The position numbers and the translations under genes are program-made. Under the pieces are notes generated by a model, which saw only the letters and a list, made by a program, of their open reading frames with translations, was not told the DNA's origin and made no database searches. DNA of 64,000 bases from Eledone cirrhosa. Its lineage: Eukaryota. The stretch is taken from contig OZ024744.1 of assembly GCA_964016885.1 (NCBI GenBank), positions 30,256,001-30,320,000 on the forward strand, in the 5' to 3' direction. Position 1 is the stretch's first letter; each line of letters begins with the position of its first letter. Below, in pieces: positions 47,200 to 59,412 of the stretch.

Positions 47200-50100
47200 C
47201 ACACGATAGCAATTAACAGCGCTGCGATCGAATGTGGCTTTTTAGCCCAGCCAATGATCTAAAATGTCTTGCACAGAGTCGGCAACCAAAACATTCACTG
47301 GGAATACTCGGCTGTGGTTGGAGTTCGTGTACTTTTGCATGTCGCTTGAGCCCTCCTGCTGATTTACATTCTCTACCACATGTTTGGCAAGCATGATGAG
47401 TAGCATCTCCAACAGCAGCCTGGTAGTCAACCACTGGTCTTACTTTATGACTGCGAAGATGACTTTCGAGTCCAGCTTTGCTTAGGCAGAGTCTCGCACG
47501 GACGCTGCATGTCAGCACCATAGGAGGACCCTCGCCGTCTGCTAGTGCAACAGCAATGCTCTTCCTCACATCCCGCTTTACTTTCTTGTATGCGATTCGA
47601 GATGCCTCAGAGGCAACTTTTCCCTCATATACAGTCTTTCTCCATTTATTACGATCAGCAGCAATATTTTCCCAAGTATCAGCAGAGATGTTAGCGTCTT
47701 TCAAAGGGGCTTTCAAGGAATCCTTATACCTCTTTTTTGGTTTATGTGGCGGTCGTTTTCCTTTAACCAACTCTCCATAAAATAGTTTTGGTATTCTAGA
47801 ATCCTTCATCCTGGCAAGGTGACCACTCCAACGGAGTCATTGCTTAAGCACAAGAGCTTCTATACTGTCACACATAGAGCTTTCCAAAATCTCGACATCA
47901 CTGATGTGGTCCCTCCAGTGAACGCCATGGATCCGTCTGAGACACATCTGATGGAAACGCTCCAATTGCTTAAGGTGGTGTCGATATGTGACCCAGGTCT
48001 CGCAGGCATAAAGAAGACAAGAGAGCACACATACCTTGTACACCTTTACCTTTGTCCTCCTGCATATGTCTCACCGACCCCAGAGTCGCCTTTCTAGCTT
48101 TCCGAAAGCATCACTTGCTTTCCTAATCCTAAGTGAGATTTCACTGTCAAGGTTGCTGTATCGATTGACAGTGCTTCCCAGGTAGACAAACTGATCAACC
48201 ACTCCAAGTCGTTTACCATACACATAGATATTTGGTTCAGTGTACTGCTTACCAGGGGCAGGTTGGTACATGACGACGGTTTTCTTGAGACTGACAGTCA
48301 GACCTAGGGCAGTGCAGGCGTCAGAAAATGCATTCAAAATGTGCCGCATATCACTCTCTGTGTGCGCTACAAGATCGCAATCATCTGCATACAAGAGGTC
48401 TCTTATCATTGATGTAAATACTTTTGTCTTTGCAGCAAAGCGCCTCATGTTAAATATGCTGCCTGAGGTTCGATATCGGATGTAAACACCATGCTCGCAA
48501 TTCCTGAATGTAATACAGAAAACCATTGCAAAGTATATGGCAAACAGGGTCGGTGCTGGAATATCCCCCTGTTTCACTCCATTTTTTACTGAGATAGGCT
48601 CCGACATGTTACCTCCGACATTAACCCGAGCCTTCATGTCGTCATGGAAAGACCTAACTAAAGCAAGGAACTTACCAGGGCAACCGCATTTATGGAGAAC
48701 CTTCCATAATGCATCTCTGTTAACAGTATCGAAAGCTTTTGTCAGATCGACAAAAACCTGATACAGATCCAAGCCTTGTTCCATGCACTTCTCCTGGAGC
48801 TGTCTAGCTGAGAAGATCATATCAGTAGTGCCGCGTCCAGCACGAAAACTAGATTGACTTTCAGGAAGAACACAATCTGCAATGTGTGTCAGCAGACGGT
48901 CCAGAAGCACCCTACATAAAACTTTCCCTACGACAGAAAGCAATGATATACCTCTGTAGTTCCCACAATCATTCCTGTTACCCTTTCCTTTGTACAAAAC
49001 CACCATTACTGCATCTCTCCAGTCCTCAGGTACGGATTCATTAGCCCATATCCTGCCAAACAAAGAGTGAAGATGTTGCAGGAGTCTCTCAACACCATAT
49101 TGTAGGAGCTCAGCATGTATGCCATCCATACCTGGAGATCTTCCACTGTTCCGCTTCGAAATAGCCACTGCAACCTCCACAAGCGTCGGAGGTTCTGCGA
49201 GAACTACTTTCACAGGAGTTTCTTGAATGAGATTTAGGAAATCTTCACTGACGACAGACGGCTGATTCAAAAGATCATCAAAGTGCTCTCGCCACCTTCG
49301 TAGAATTCCTTGTGAGTCACGAAGAAGTTCTTTGCCATCCTTGCTGCGAAGCGGTGTCACCAGAGAAGAAGACGGTCCATAAACCTCACGCAAGAGACTG
49401 TACAACAGCTTTGTGTTATTGGAATCTGACGCAGTTTGTATCTCACCAGCCTTCTCACTCCACCACTGATCCTTCATCTAAGAAAGACTCCGCCTAACAC
49501 GTGATTTGATATCCTTGAGTTGCTCATGCAACGTATTCCTCTCCTGTAGTTTTGCCGTCAAGTAGCGTGACAGAGCACGCCTCTTATCAGCCAACAAGTC
49601 TACTATATGTACATCATTCTCATTAAACCAGTCCTGATGTTTTCTCTGCACCAATCCCAGAACACGCCTGCCTACATCATAAACCGACTTTTTAAGGGTC
49701 GGCCAATCCTCACCAAGATCTGCAGCCTGCATCTCTTCTTCTAATGTCCTCTTCACATTTTTATCCTTAAGACGAGCAGCATTCAATCTTTTGGGCAGGG
49801 CAACACCACGTTTAGTGATTAGTTTGACTTTTGCGCGTACCAGGCGGTGGTCCGTCCAGCACTCAGCTCTACGAAGAGCACGAACACACTGCACATCCTG
49901 TCTGTCAAGCATCCTGACTAGGACGTAGTCCAAAAGATGCAATTCCTTAGATGCAGGATGCATCCATGTGGTCTTGAATTTGTTCTTTTGTTGGAACAGA
50001 TCCAGCTCCTCACACGTCTGCAGCAGGGGCCAACCATTGTTGTTACACTTTCCCACCCCATGCCTTCCGATTACATTCCATGTGTTAAAATCCCTACCCA

Positions 50101-50690
50101 CTCTAGCATTAAAGTCACCAAGCACGATGACTTTGTCTGCCTGAGGGATATTTCTTAAAACACCTTTCAAGGCATGGTAAAAGGACACTTTTTCTTCATC
50201 GACAGAATTCATAGTTGGAGCATACACACTCACCAGGGTCGCATATCTTCCTTTGTCCAGCGGAATTCTCATGGACATAAGACGCTCACTAATCCCTACT
50301 AGGAATTCTTCTAATTTATTCACAAGAACAGTCTTAACAGCAAATCCTACCCCAGCCTCTCTTCTGGTTCCTTCATCTCTTCCTTTCCAGAAGAATGTAT
50401 ATTCTCCACAAAATTCTGTAAGATGACCATCTCCAGCTAACCTCGTCTCAGATAAAGCCACGATGTCAAGATCGTAACATCGAAGCTCCTTTGCAACAAG
50501 AGCGGTCCTTCGTTCAGGACGCTCCAAGGAATCCCTGTCAAGCAGCGTCCGTACGTTCCAGCAGCCAAGACAAAATGCCTTGTTTGGCTCTATTACAATG
50601 GCACGATGACGAGCGGGCCTAGGCTGTGATAACCTGGGGCCCCTGCCCTTATTGCCAATTATCTTTTTTGTTCCAGAACTTAAATTGCCA
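47200..50690 (-). mobile_element. RTE-clade LINE, decayed
   Basis: Single APE-RT ORF broken into pieces at 49478-50650, 48071-49477, 47837-48043 and 47213-47809. Confidence 0.9.
47213..50650 (-). pseudogene. RTE APE-RT polyprotein pseudogene with C-terminal C2H2 fingers
   Basis: WNVRTLLD, LSETRL, YAPT, GDFNARVG, TDH; NYRGISLLS, DLTKAFD, GVKQG, LLYADD; LLYACETW. In-frame TAG at 49478-49480 plus downstream frameshifts. Confidence 0.9.
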
Positions 50691-50954
50691 ATTATCTCTT
50701 TTATATTGTTCTGGAACATCATTGAATTGGAAAAAGAAAAAAAAAAGTTATAATAATAGTAACAATAATAATAATAATAATAGTACACTATTAATAATTA
50801 TTAATGCACTCGTGCAATGCCTGTGCGTGACGAATATTTTTAAAGTGAGGAAAGACTGTGCACTGAGCCAATCTCACACTCTGAGCGACAGTAGTTATAA
50901 CCCGAAAAGAGTAACTACTGAGCCGCAGGTTTTATGTCGGAGTTAACCCAGTTT

Positions 50955-51489
50955 CCATCCATCCATCCATCCATCCATCCATCCATCCATCCATCCATCC
51001 ATACATACATACATACATACATACATCATGCATACATACATACATACATACATACATACATACATACATACATACATACATACATACATACATACATACA
51101 TGTTGGCTGCCAACTCGTTTTCGAGTACGGCCACTACTTTATATCCATGTAGGACAACCCCTACCGATGCGCTGAACGAGTGTGACTTTTTAGTCCAGCC
51201 TGCGACATGAAAACTCTGGTACAAACACTACACTTGTGACAATTATTGACACACAGTGCTGGGCCCATGGTACCATATGACGACAAGTGTAGAGAGATCT
51301 CCAGATATAAAGCAATGCCTGTGCCGTGAAGCTTTTATAGTGAGCAAAGGCACTGCACAAAGCCAGTCCCACTCTCTTAACCAAGATGATATTTACCAAA
51401 AAGAAGAACAAGTCAACATCATTGGATATCATCAGGGTTGCAGGTGTTATATCAGAGTTTTCCTTCTCCTAGAATTTTGCCTTGACAAA
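50955..51489 (-). mobile_element. 5'-truncated second copy of element B with (TATG)n/(GATG)n tail
   Basis: 51099-51489 matches 46236-46628 at roughly 95% by eye. Confidence 0.8.
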
Positions 51490-51870
51490 TCTACATACAT
51501 ACATATATACATACATACATTTACGTATGTATATAGCTATGCATTTATACATTTGTATATATATATATATATATACATGCAGTTATATTTAAGTGTGTAA
51601 GGTTATATATATATATATGTGAGTGTGTGTATAATATATATATATCACGCACGCACGCACACACACACACACACATAAAAATATATATACATATATGCAT
51701 ATATATACATATATGCACACATATACATATATATACATATATACATATATACATATATATATATATACATAAATATATATATACATATATATAACGGAGG
51801 AAATGTGGTAAGGAACCAGGTGGACCATAACGCACCAAGGTACTCAATACTTAGGGTAGTAGAGTGGGTA

Positions 51871-51959
51871 ATAGGAACGAGTAGGACCCCGACGGCTGAG
51901 CTCAAGCCGTTTCGTCGAAACGGCTTGAGCTCAGCCGTCGAGGTCCTACTCGTTCCTAT
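51871..51959. repeat. Near-perfect palindrome, 44-bp arms with 1-nt spacer
   Basis: ataggaacgagtaggaccccgacggctgagctcaagccgtttcg-t-cgaaacggcttgagctcagccgtcgaggtcctactcgttcctat; one mismatch. Confidence 0.95.
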
Positions 51960-51975
51960 ACATATATATATACAC

Positions 51976-52006
<31 letters not shown>

Positions 52007-52019
52007 CATATATATTTAC

Positions 52020-52095
<76 letters not shown>

Positions 52096-52283
52096 ACTTA
52101 TATATTATGGAATACTGTTAGCTTCTCGCTACAACAATTTCTATAGTTTTAAGTTATATACATATATATATATATACTCATATATATATACTTATATATA
52201 TACATATGTATATATATATATATATATATATAGATATATAGATATTTATATATATATAAGTACATATATATATATATATATAG

Positions 52284-52315
<32 letters not shown>

Positions 52316-52453
52316 GTCATATTCCCAACTATTTGTTTACCCCTTTCACCTTTTTATTTTTATATGTATATAATATTTATGTATATTCTTATATATATGT
52401 GTGTGTGTATATGTATCTATGTATATACATATATATATATATGTGTGTGCGTG

Positions 52454-52490
<37 letters not shown>

Positions 52491-52493
<3 letters not shown>

Positions 52494-55127
52494 AGTATGT
52501 ACACGTACATACATATATGTATACAGACGTACAGTAGTAGGTATATGTATATATACATACATGCATACATATATATATGTACATATGGATTCAACGAACA
52601 TTTATTATAATGCTCGGTGTGTTTGCAAACAAACATCCCGTATTAAGCCGTAGTGTCTAGCAACCATCGTTTCTCGTTTGTTCAACACTGATAAAGGAAC
52701 GCTGTACTAGTTTCAAGCTTATTAGCTATCGTCAGCAACGTATACCTTCCTGCCAGATTGTTGAACTTGCCTTATGTATGTTAACAGCTGAGTAGCCCAA
52801 TTTGCATATCGAGTGGGTTAATAGGCCGGGTGCACCGAAAACGATAAACGGAAAAAATGAAACGAAATTTCATTTCCCACTCTTAGTACGGCTGTTACTT
52901 AAATATAAGTATGTATACGTACATACATATATGTATACAGACGTACAGTATTATGTATATATATATACATACAGGCACACATATATATATATGTACGTAT
53001 GGATTCACCGAACATTTTTTATAATGCTCGGTGTATTTGCAAACGAACATGCCGTATTAAGCCGTAGTGTCTAACAACCATCGTTGCTCGTTTGTTCAAT
53101 ACTGACAAAGGAACGCTGTACTAGTTTCAAGCTTATTAGCTATCGTCAGCAACGTATACCTTCCTGCCAGATTGTGAACGTATATACTTACCTTATGCAT
53201 ATTAACGGCTGAGTAGCCCAATTTGCATATCGAGTGGGTTAATCGGCCGGGTGCACCGAAAACGATAAACGGAAAAAATGAAACGAAATTTCATTTCCCA
53301 CTCTTAGTACGGCTGTTACTTAAATATAAGTATGTATACGTACATACATATATGTATACAGACGTACAGTAGTATGTATATATATATACATACATGCACA
53401 CATGTATATATGTACGTATGGATTCACCAAACATTTATTATAATGCTCGGAGTTTTTGAAAACAAATATCCCGTATTAAGCCGCAGTATCTAGCAACCAT
53501 CGTTGCTCGTTTGTTCAACACTGACAAAGGAACGCTGTACTAGTTTCAAGCTTATTACCTATCGTCAGCAACGTATGCCTTCCTGTCAGATTGTTGAACG
53601 TATATACTTACCTTATGCATATTAACGGCTGAGTAGCCCATTTTGTATATTGAGTGCGTTAATCGGCCGGGTGCACCGAAAACGATAAACGGAATAAATG
53701 AAACGAAATTTCGTTTCCTACTCTTAGTACGACTGTTACTTAAATATAAATATGTATACGTACATACATATATGTATACAGACGTACAGTAGTATGTATA
53801 TATATATATACATACATGCACACATATATATATGTACGTATGGATTCACCGAACATTTATTATAATGCTCGGGTTGTTTGCAAACGAACATGCCGTATTA
53901 AGCCGTAGTGTCTAGCGACCACCGTTGCTCGTTTGTTCAACACTGACAAAGGAACGCTGTACTAGTGTCAAACTTATTAGCTATCGTCAGCAACGTATAC
54001 CTTCCTGCCAGATTGTTGAACGTATATACTTACCTTATGCATATTAACGGCTGAGTAGCCCAATTTGCATATCGAGTGGGTTAATCGGTCGGTTGCACCG
54101 AAAACGATAAACTGAAAAATGAAACGAAATTTCATTTCCCACTCTTAGTACGGCTGTTACTTAAATATATGTATGTATACGTACATACATATATGTATAC
54201 AGACGTACAGTAGTATGTATATATATATATACATACATGCACACATATATATATATATATGTACGTATGGATTCACAGAACATCTATTATAATGCTCGGT
54301 GTTTTTGAAAACAAATATCCCGTATTAAGACGCAGTGTCTAGCAACCATCGTTGCTCGTTTGTTGAACACTGACAAAGGAATGCTGTACTAGTTTCAAGC
54401 TTATTACCTATCGTCAGCAACGTATGCCTTCCTGTCAGATTGTTGAACGTATATACTTACCTTATGCATATTAACGGCTGAGTAGCCCAATTTGCATATT
54501 GAGTGGGTTAATCGGCCGAGTGCACCGAAAACGATAAACGGAAAAAATGAAACGCAATTTCGTTTCCCACTCTTAGTACGGCTGTTACTTAAATATAAGT
54601 ATGTATACGTACATACATATATGTATACAGACGTACAGTAGTATGTATATATATATATACATACATGCACACATATATGTATGAACGTATGGATTCACCG
54701 AACATTTATTATAATGCTCGATGTGTTTGCAAACAAACATCCCGTATTAAGCCGTAGTGTCTAGCAACCATCGTTGCTCGTTTGTTCAACACTGACAAAG
54801 GAACGCTGTACTAGTTTCAAGCTTATTAGCTATCGTCAGCAACGTATACCTTCCTGCCAGATTGTTGAACGTATATACTTACCTTATGCATATTAACGGC
54901 TGAGTAGTCCAATTTGCATATCGAGTGGGTTAATCGGCCGAGTGCACCGAAAACGATAAACGGAAAAAATGAAACGAAATTTCATTTCCCACTCTTAGTG
55001 CGGCGGTTACTTAAATATAAGTATGTACACGTACATACATATATGTATACAGACGTACAGTAGTATGTATATATATATACATACATGCACCCATATATAT
55101 ATATGTACGTATGGATTCACCGAACAT
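52491..55127. repeat. Tandem array of ~420-bp units (~6.3 copies)
   Basis: Unit starts at approximately 52491, 52905, 53326, 53746, 54165, 54595 and 55017. Confidence 0.95.
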
Positions 55128-55229
55128 TGTCAATACTCATCTTTTTCCATTTATGTTTCAAAACATACTTAGTTGTCATTTTATACTCGCTAAGAATGTA
55201 GCTTCTAATTTGAATGGAAGAAGAGGGGT

Positions 55230-55300
55230 GATGTGTTGGTGTAATGGTAGCACAGTGGTCTGGATAACCAAAGATGTCGGTTCGACTCCTATGTACGTCA
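55230..55300 (+). tRNA. tRNA-like gene or pseudogene (anticodon position GGA, short variable loop)
   Basis: Acceptor GATGTGT/GTACGTC-A, D arm GTGT-AATGGTA-GCAC, anticodon arm TGGT-CTGGATA-ACCA, T arm GTCGG-TTCGACT-CCTAT; T6 Pol III terminator about 10 nt downstream. Confidence 0.65.
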
Positions 55301-55369
55301 ATACTCATCTTTTTTCCATTTATCTGAGGGTTCTAAAGCCCATTATCAGACTAAAATTTTACATATATG

Positions 55370-55403
<34 letters not shown>

Positions 55404-55404
55404 C

Positions 55405-55437
<33 letters not shown>

Positions 55438-55459
55438 CACATATATATATATATAATAT

Positions 55460-55511
55460 AAGATCAAAAGATGGTTAAAGGAGTTCCATGTATTTTATTA
55501 TGCGCATTTCA
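55460..55511 (+). repeat. ~50-bp inverted repeat arm; partner at 58559-58610
   Basis: aagatcaaaagatggttaaaggagttccatgtattttattatgcgcatttca versus tgaaatgcgcataataaaatacatggaactcttctaaccatcttttgatctt. Confidence 0.85.
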
Positions 55512-55614
55512 AAAACAAACATCATCATGCAATAATATTTGTGTTTTCATCAGATAAAACAGGAGAACATGATATGAAGGCTAAAAAACACTTGTGGATA
55601 GTGCAGTTCTAAAT

Positions 55615-55655
<41 letters not shown>

Positions 55656-55743
55656 AAAATTGAACGGGAACAAAACAGAGAGGCAGTACGAACAAAGATT
55701 TATTAGTTTCAGGCTCTTGAGAGCGGGATGGTGGTACACACAC

Positions 55744-55820
<77 letters not shown>

Positions 55821-55980
55821 AGGAGGTTATAGTTCACTTGAAGCATTGTGTAATGAGGTATAAACGTTTGAATATGTATAATAAAGCCAAAACAATGCAG
55901 GTATGGACATAGAAAAAAAGAATGCAATTGCAAAAGATATTGTTGACAATTCGTCTTTTACCTTAGATTTATTTAAATGT

Positions 55981-56015
55981 CCTTAATTTTCGAGATAATA
56001 TCTCTTCTTCAGAGG
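55981..56015 (-). ncRNA. Minimal hammerhead ribozyme in the 3' pseudo-LTR
   Basis: cct-CTGAAGA-a-gagata(t)tatctc-GAAA-at-TA-agg. Confidence 0.65.
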
Positions 56016-56421
56016 GAAATAAAGGTCTCAAACCAGCGTTCTAAATATCTTGCCAAGCCATGCTGACAGGAAATAGTATGGAGTATCTGTTCTATCTCTA
56101 ATGTCAAAGAGTTAAAATTAGGTGGATAAAGAGTAGTCTCCCTTTAAAAGGGGTTTGTTTAGGGTTTTTTTTTCATATATACATGCCTGTTTAAGTGTGT
56201 GGGAGAATGCATGAAGGTGTAAGTATGTGAGTGTGTGTGTGTGAGTGTGAGAAGATAAGTCTATTCGTAAATGTGGGGGATAGGTGTTATCTGGTGTTAG
56301 AACTGGTTTTGTGTGTGTATGTGTGAGAGAGAATAAGTGGAGGTGTAAGCGTGTGTGTGTGCGCGTGCGTATGTGTGTGTGTGTGTGGGGGGGGGGGGTA
56401 AATATGGGGCTAGAAGCCCTA

Positions 56422-56880
56422 TCAGGTTATAAATTGGGTGTTGAGTTCTAGTCTATTATTGATTGGTGGTTGTGTTTTATCTATAATTAGTGCTTCCTTA
56501 ATTCTAAGATTGCCGAGGTTTCTTTCCTTAATTTCTATCCTAACTGTTATGGTTTTGTCGGTGTTTTTGCATTTAACTAGGTGTTTCTTAAATGAGGCAG
56601 CGTTAGTATTGAGGTGTTCTTTTATTCTGATGTGGAGTGGTCTGGTGGTGCTACCTACGTAGAAGTTGTTGCATTTGTCACACTCTAGTCTGTATACAAC
56701 GTAAGCCTGGTGGCATAGGTCTGTGTCGTTGATGGGGCAGTTGGCTAGTCTGCAGCAGTTGTCATGTCTGGTGGAGTGTCTTTTGGTTAGCTTTCCGCGT
56801 AGAGAAGGACCTGAGTGGGCCAGTTGGATATCTAGTCCCTCTCGTCTGATGGCTCTGCGGATGGCTGTTGTTGTTTCTTC
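56422..56880 (-). pseudogene. Penelope GIY-YIG endonuclease domain (RT portion lost by truncation)
   Basis: VVYRLECDKCNNFYVGSTTRPLHIRIKEH...LRIKEALII...PPINN. Confidence 0.9.
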
Positions 56881-57060
56881 ACTTAAACAAGCATGTGTAT
56901 GTAAAAAAAAAAACCTAAACAAACCCCTTTTAAAGGGAGACTACTCTTTATCCACCTAATTTTACTCTTTGACATTAGAGATAGAACAGATACTCTATAC
57001 TATTTCCTGTCAGCATGGCTTGGCAAGATATTTAGAACACTGGTTTGAGACCTTTATTTC

Positions 57061-57095
57061 CCTCTGAAGAAGAGATATTATCTCGAAAATTAAGG
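57061..57095 (+). ncRNA. Minimal hammerhead ribozyme in the inverted pseudo-LTR
   Basis: Identical motif on the + strand. Confidence 0.65.
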
Positions 57096-57209
57096 ACATT
57101 TAAATAAATCTAAGGTAAAAGACGAATTGTCAACAATATCTTTTGCAATTGCATTCTTTTTTCTATGTCCATACCTGCATTGTTTTGGCTTTATTATACA
57201 TATTCAAAC

Positions 57210-57740
<531 letters not shown>

Positions 57741-57747
<7 letters not shown>

Positions 57748-57927
57748 ATACTTTGGGAGGGTCAAGTTGCCAATAAAAAATACACGCACCAGTTGCTTTC
57801 ACTTCGATTTACTAAAATAAATTTATAAATTTAGGAATTTATAAATTTATTATAATAAATTGAAGTGAAAGCAACTGGTGCGTGTGTTTCTTATTGGCAA
57901 CATGACCCTCCCAAAGTATAACGATAT
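57741..57927. repeat. Foldback with ~90-bp arms (MITE-like)
   Basis: tattgttatactttgggagggtca...ataaatt / aatttata...tgaccctcccaaagtataacgata. Confidence 0.85.
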
Positions 57928-57980
57928 CGGTTTCAACACACGTTTTCAGATAAAGAATGTTACTAAACAAATTCAGAAAC

Positions 57981-58072
<92 letters not shown>

Positions 58073-58513
58073 TTTCTGAATCAGTTTGAGCATTTCTTTA
58101 GAACTGCTGGACTGGCAACCTGAGAGATACCTCAGGCACAGATGATGATTATCGCTAAATACTGATGTTGGTTAGATTATCAATATTAGTATTATTGGGG
58201 CACCCACTGATGAATTATAGGAGCCCACTTGAATATATATATATTGATGGTATACAAGCTCATACATAAATTGGTATAATTTCACCCAAATTGTAGGAAT
58301 CCTATAATGAAACGAGACGTCCGTCTGGGAAGAGTTATATTCGATATGTCTCATATGAAATAATACAGCCAATTTTCCACGCAATACTTTTAGTTAGCAC
58401 CCCGAACGCATAATTGGGAATATAATCACTTATTTGCTAATGTATGTTGAGTGAGTTGGAATTTGGCCGGAGTATCGCTAAACTAAAAAGCTTTCTCCGA
58501 TATTGTATTTATT

Positions 58514-58564
<51 letters not shown>

Positions 58565-58649
58565 GCGCATAATAAAATACATGGAACTCTTCTAACCATC
58601 TTTTGATCTTCTATTATATATATATATATATATATACATATATATGTAT

Positions 58650-58845
58650 TGTGACAAGAAGCTTGTTTCCCAACCACATATTTCCGGGTGAGTCACAGTA
58701 TCCGGGCCGACCAAAGCCCTGTGAGTGGATTTGATAGATCGAAACTAAAAGAAGCCCATCGTATATATATGTCTGTGTGTGTCTTTGTGTTTGTGTTTGG
58801 CATCCCACCAATGCTTGTTGGTTTGTTGACGTCCCCATAACTTAC
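58650..58845 (+). mobile_element. Degenerate SINE fragment
   Basis: ggccgaccaaagccctgtgagtggatttgatagatcgaaactaaaagaagcccatcg resembles a central domain common in cephalopod SINEs (recalled, not searched). Confidence 0.5.
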
Positions 58846-59016
58846 CAAGGTGATGCTCAAGCATGAGCGTAGTTCAGAGACAGAAAAGAAGTAAAATATA
58901 TATGTGTGTGTGTGTAGAAGAGGGGTTTCAAACTCAAGGACACAAAAGGGCTACTACGTCCTGGAGGAGAGGCACAGTGGGTCAAACGTGCTGGTGGGTG
59001 AAAATTTTCACCAGTT

Positions 59017-59236
59017 ATAATCATTTCTACTATAGTATCAAGGCATGGAATTTGGGGTTTAGGGTTCAGTCGATTGCATCGATCCTAGTACACAACTGGT
59101 ACTTAATTGATCGACCCCAAAAGGATATAAGGCAAAGTTGAGATCGGCGGAATATGAACTCAGAACGTAAAAACGGAAGAAGTACCGTTAAACATTTCGC
59201 CAGATGTGCTAACGATTCCACCAGCTCGCCGCCTTA
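59017..59236 (-). mobile_element. MetaSINE-like SINE, near full length
   Basis: tRNA head (ggcggcgagctggtggaatcgttagc...gagttcatattcc) followed by actttgccttatatccttttggggtcgatcaattaagtaccag. Confidence 0.75.
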
Positions 59237-59358
59237 TTTTTGCCAGTTATAATGCGATATGAAATATTGGTTCTACCACGGGCTACAGATAAGTAGTTCG
59301 GGGGTCGCATGTGTGAGCCCCCTGTTGGAGATAAATAGATAGATATATAGATAGATAT

Positions 59359-59412
59359 ATTTCTTTATTAGCCACAGGGGCACAAAAGAAGAGGACAAAT
59401 ACAAAGGGGGAA
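59359..59412 (-). mobile_element. Very short 3'-end fragment related to the Tx1 element, inserted in (GATA)n
   Basis: atttctttattagccacagggg versus atttctttattaaccacaaggg at 40082. Confidence 0.5.

Noticed and set aside
46236-51489. 390-bp direct repeats as LTRs of an LTR retrotransposon
   Set aside because: The interior is an APE-type RTE LINE with no gag or integrase. The repeats lack TG...CA ends and carry microsatellite tails.
53184-53320. Bona fide U1 snRNA genes in the 420-bp array
   Set aside because: Only the first 10 nt match. Stem-loop I (GATCACGAAG), the Sm site and the terminal stem-loop are absent.
57922-57952. Hammerhead on the minus strand (CTGAAAA...GAAACCGATA)
   Set aside because: Stem II and stem I cannot be formed convincingly.
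59316-59324. gagccccctg as the partner TIR of the hAT end at 61520-61529
   Set aside because: It has the same orientation as the other end rather than inverted, is too short, and no 8-bp target duplication was found.
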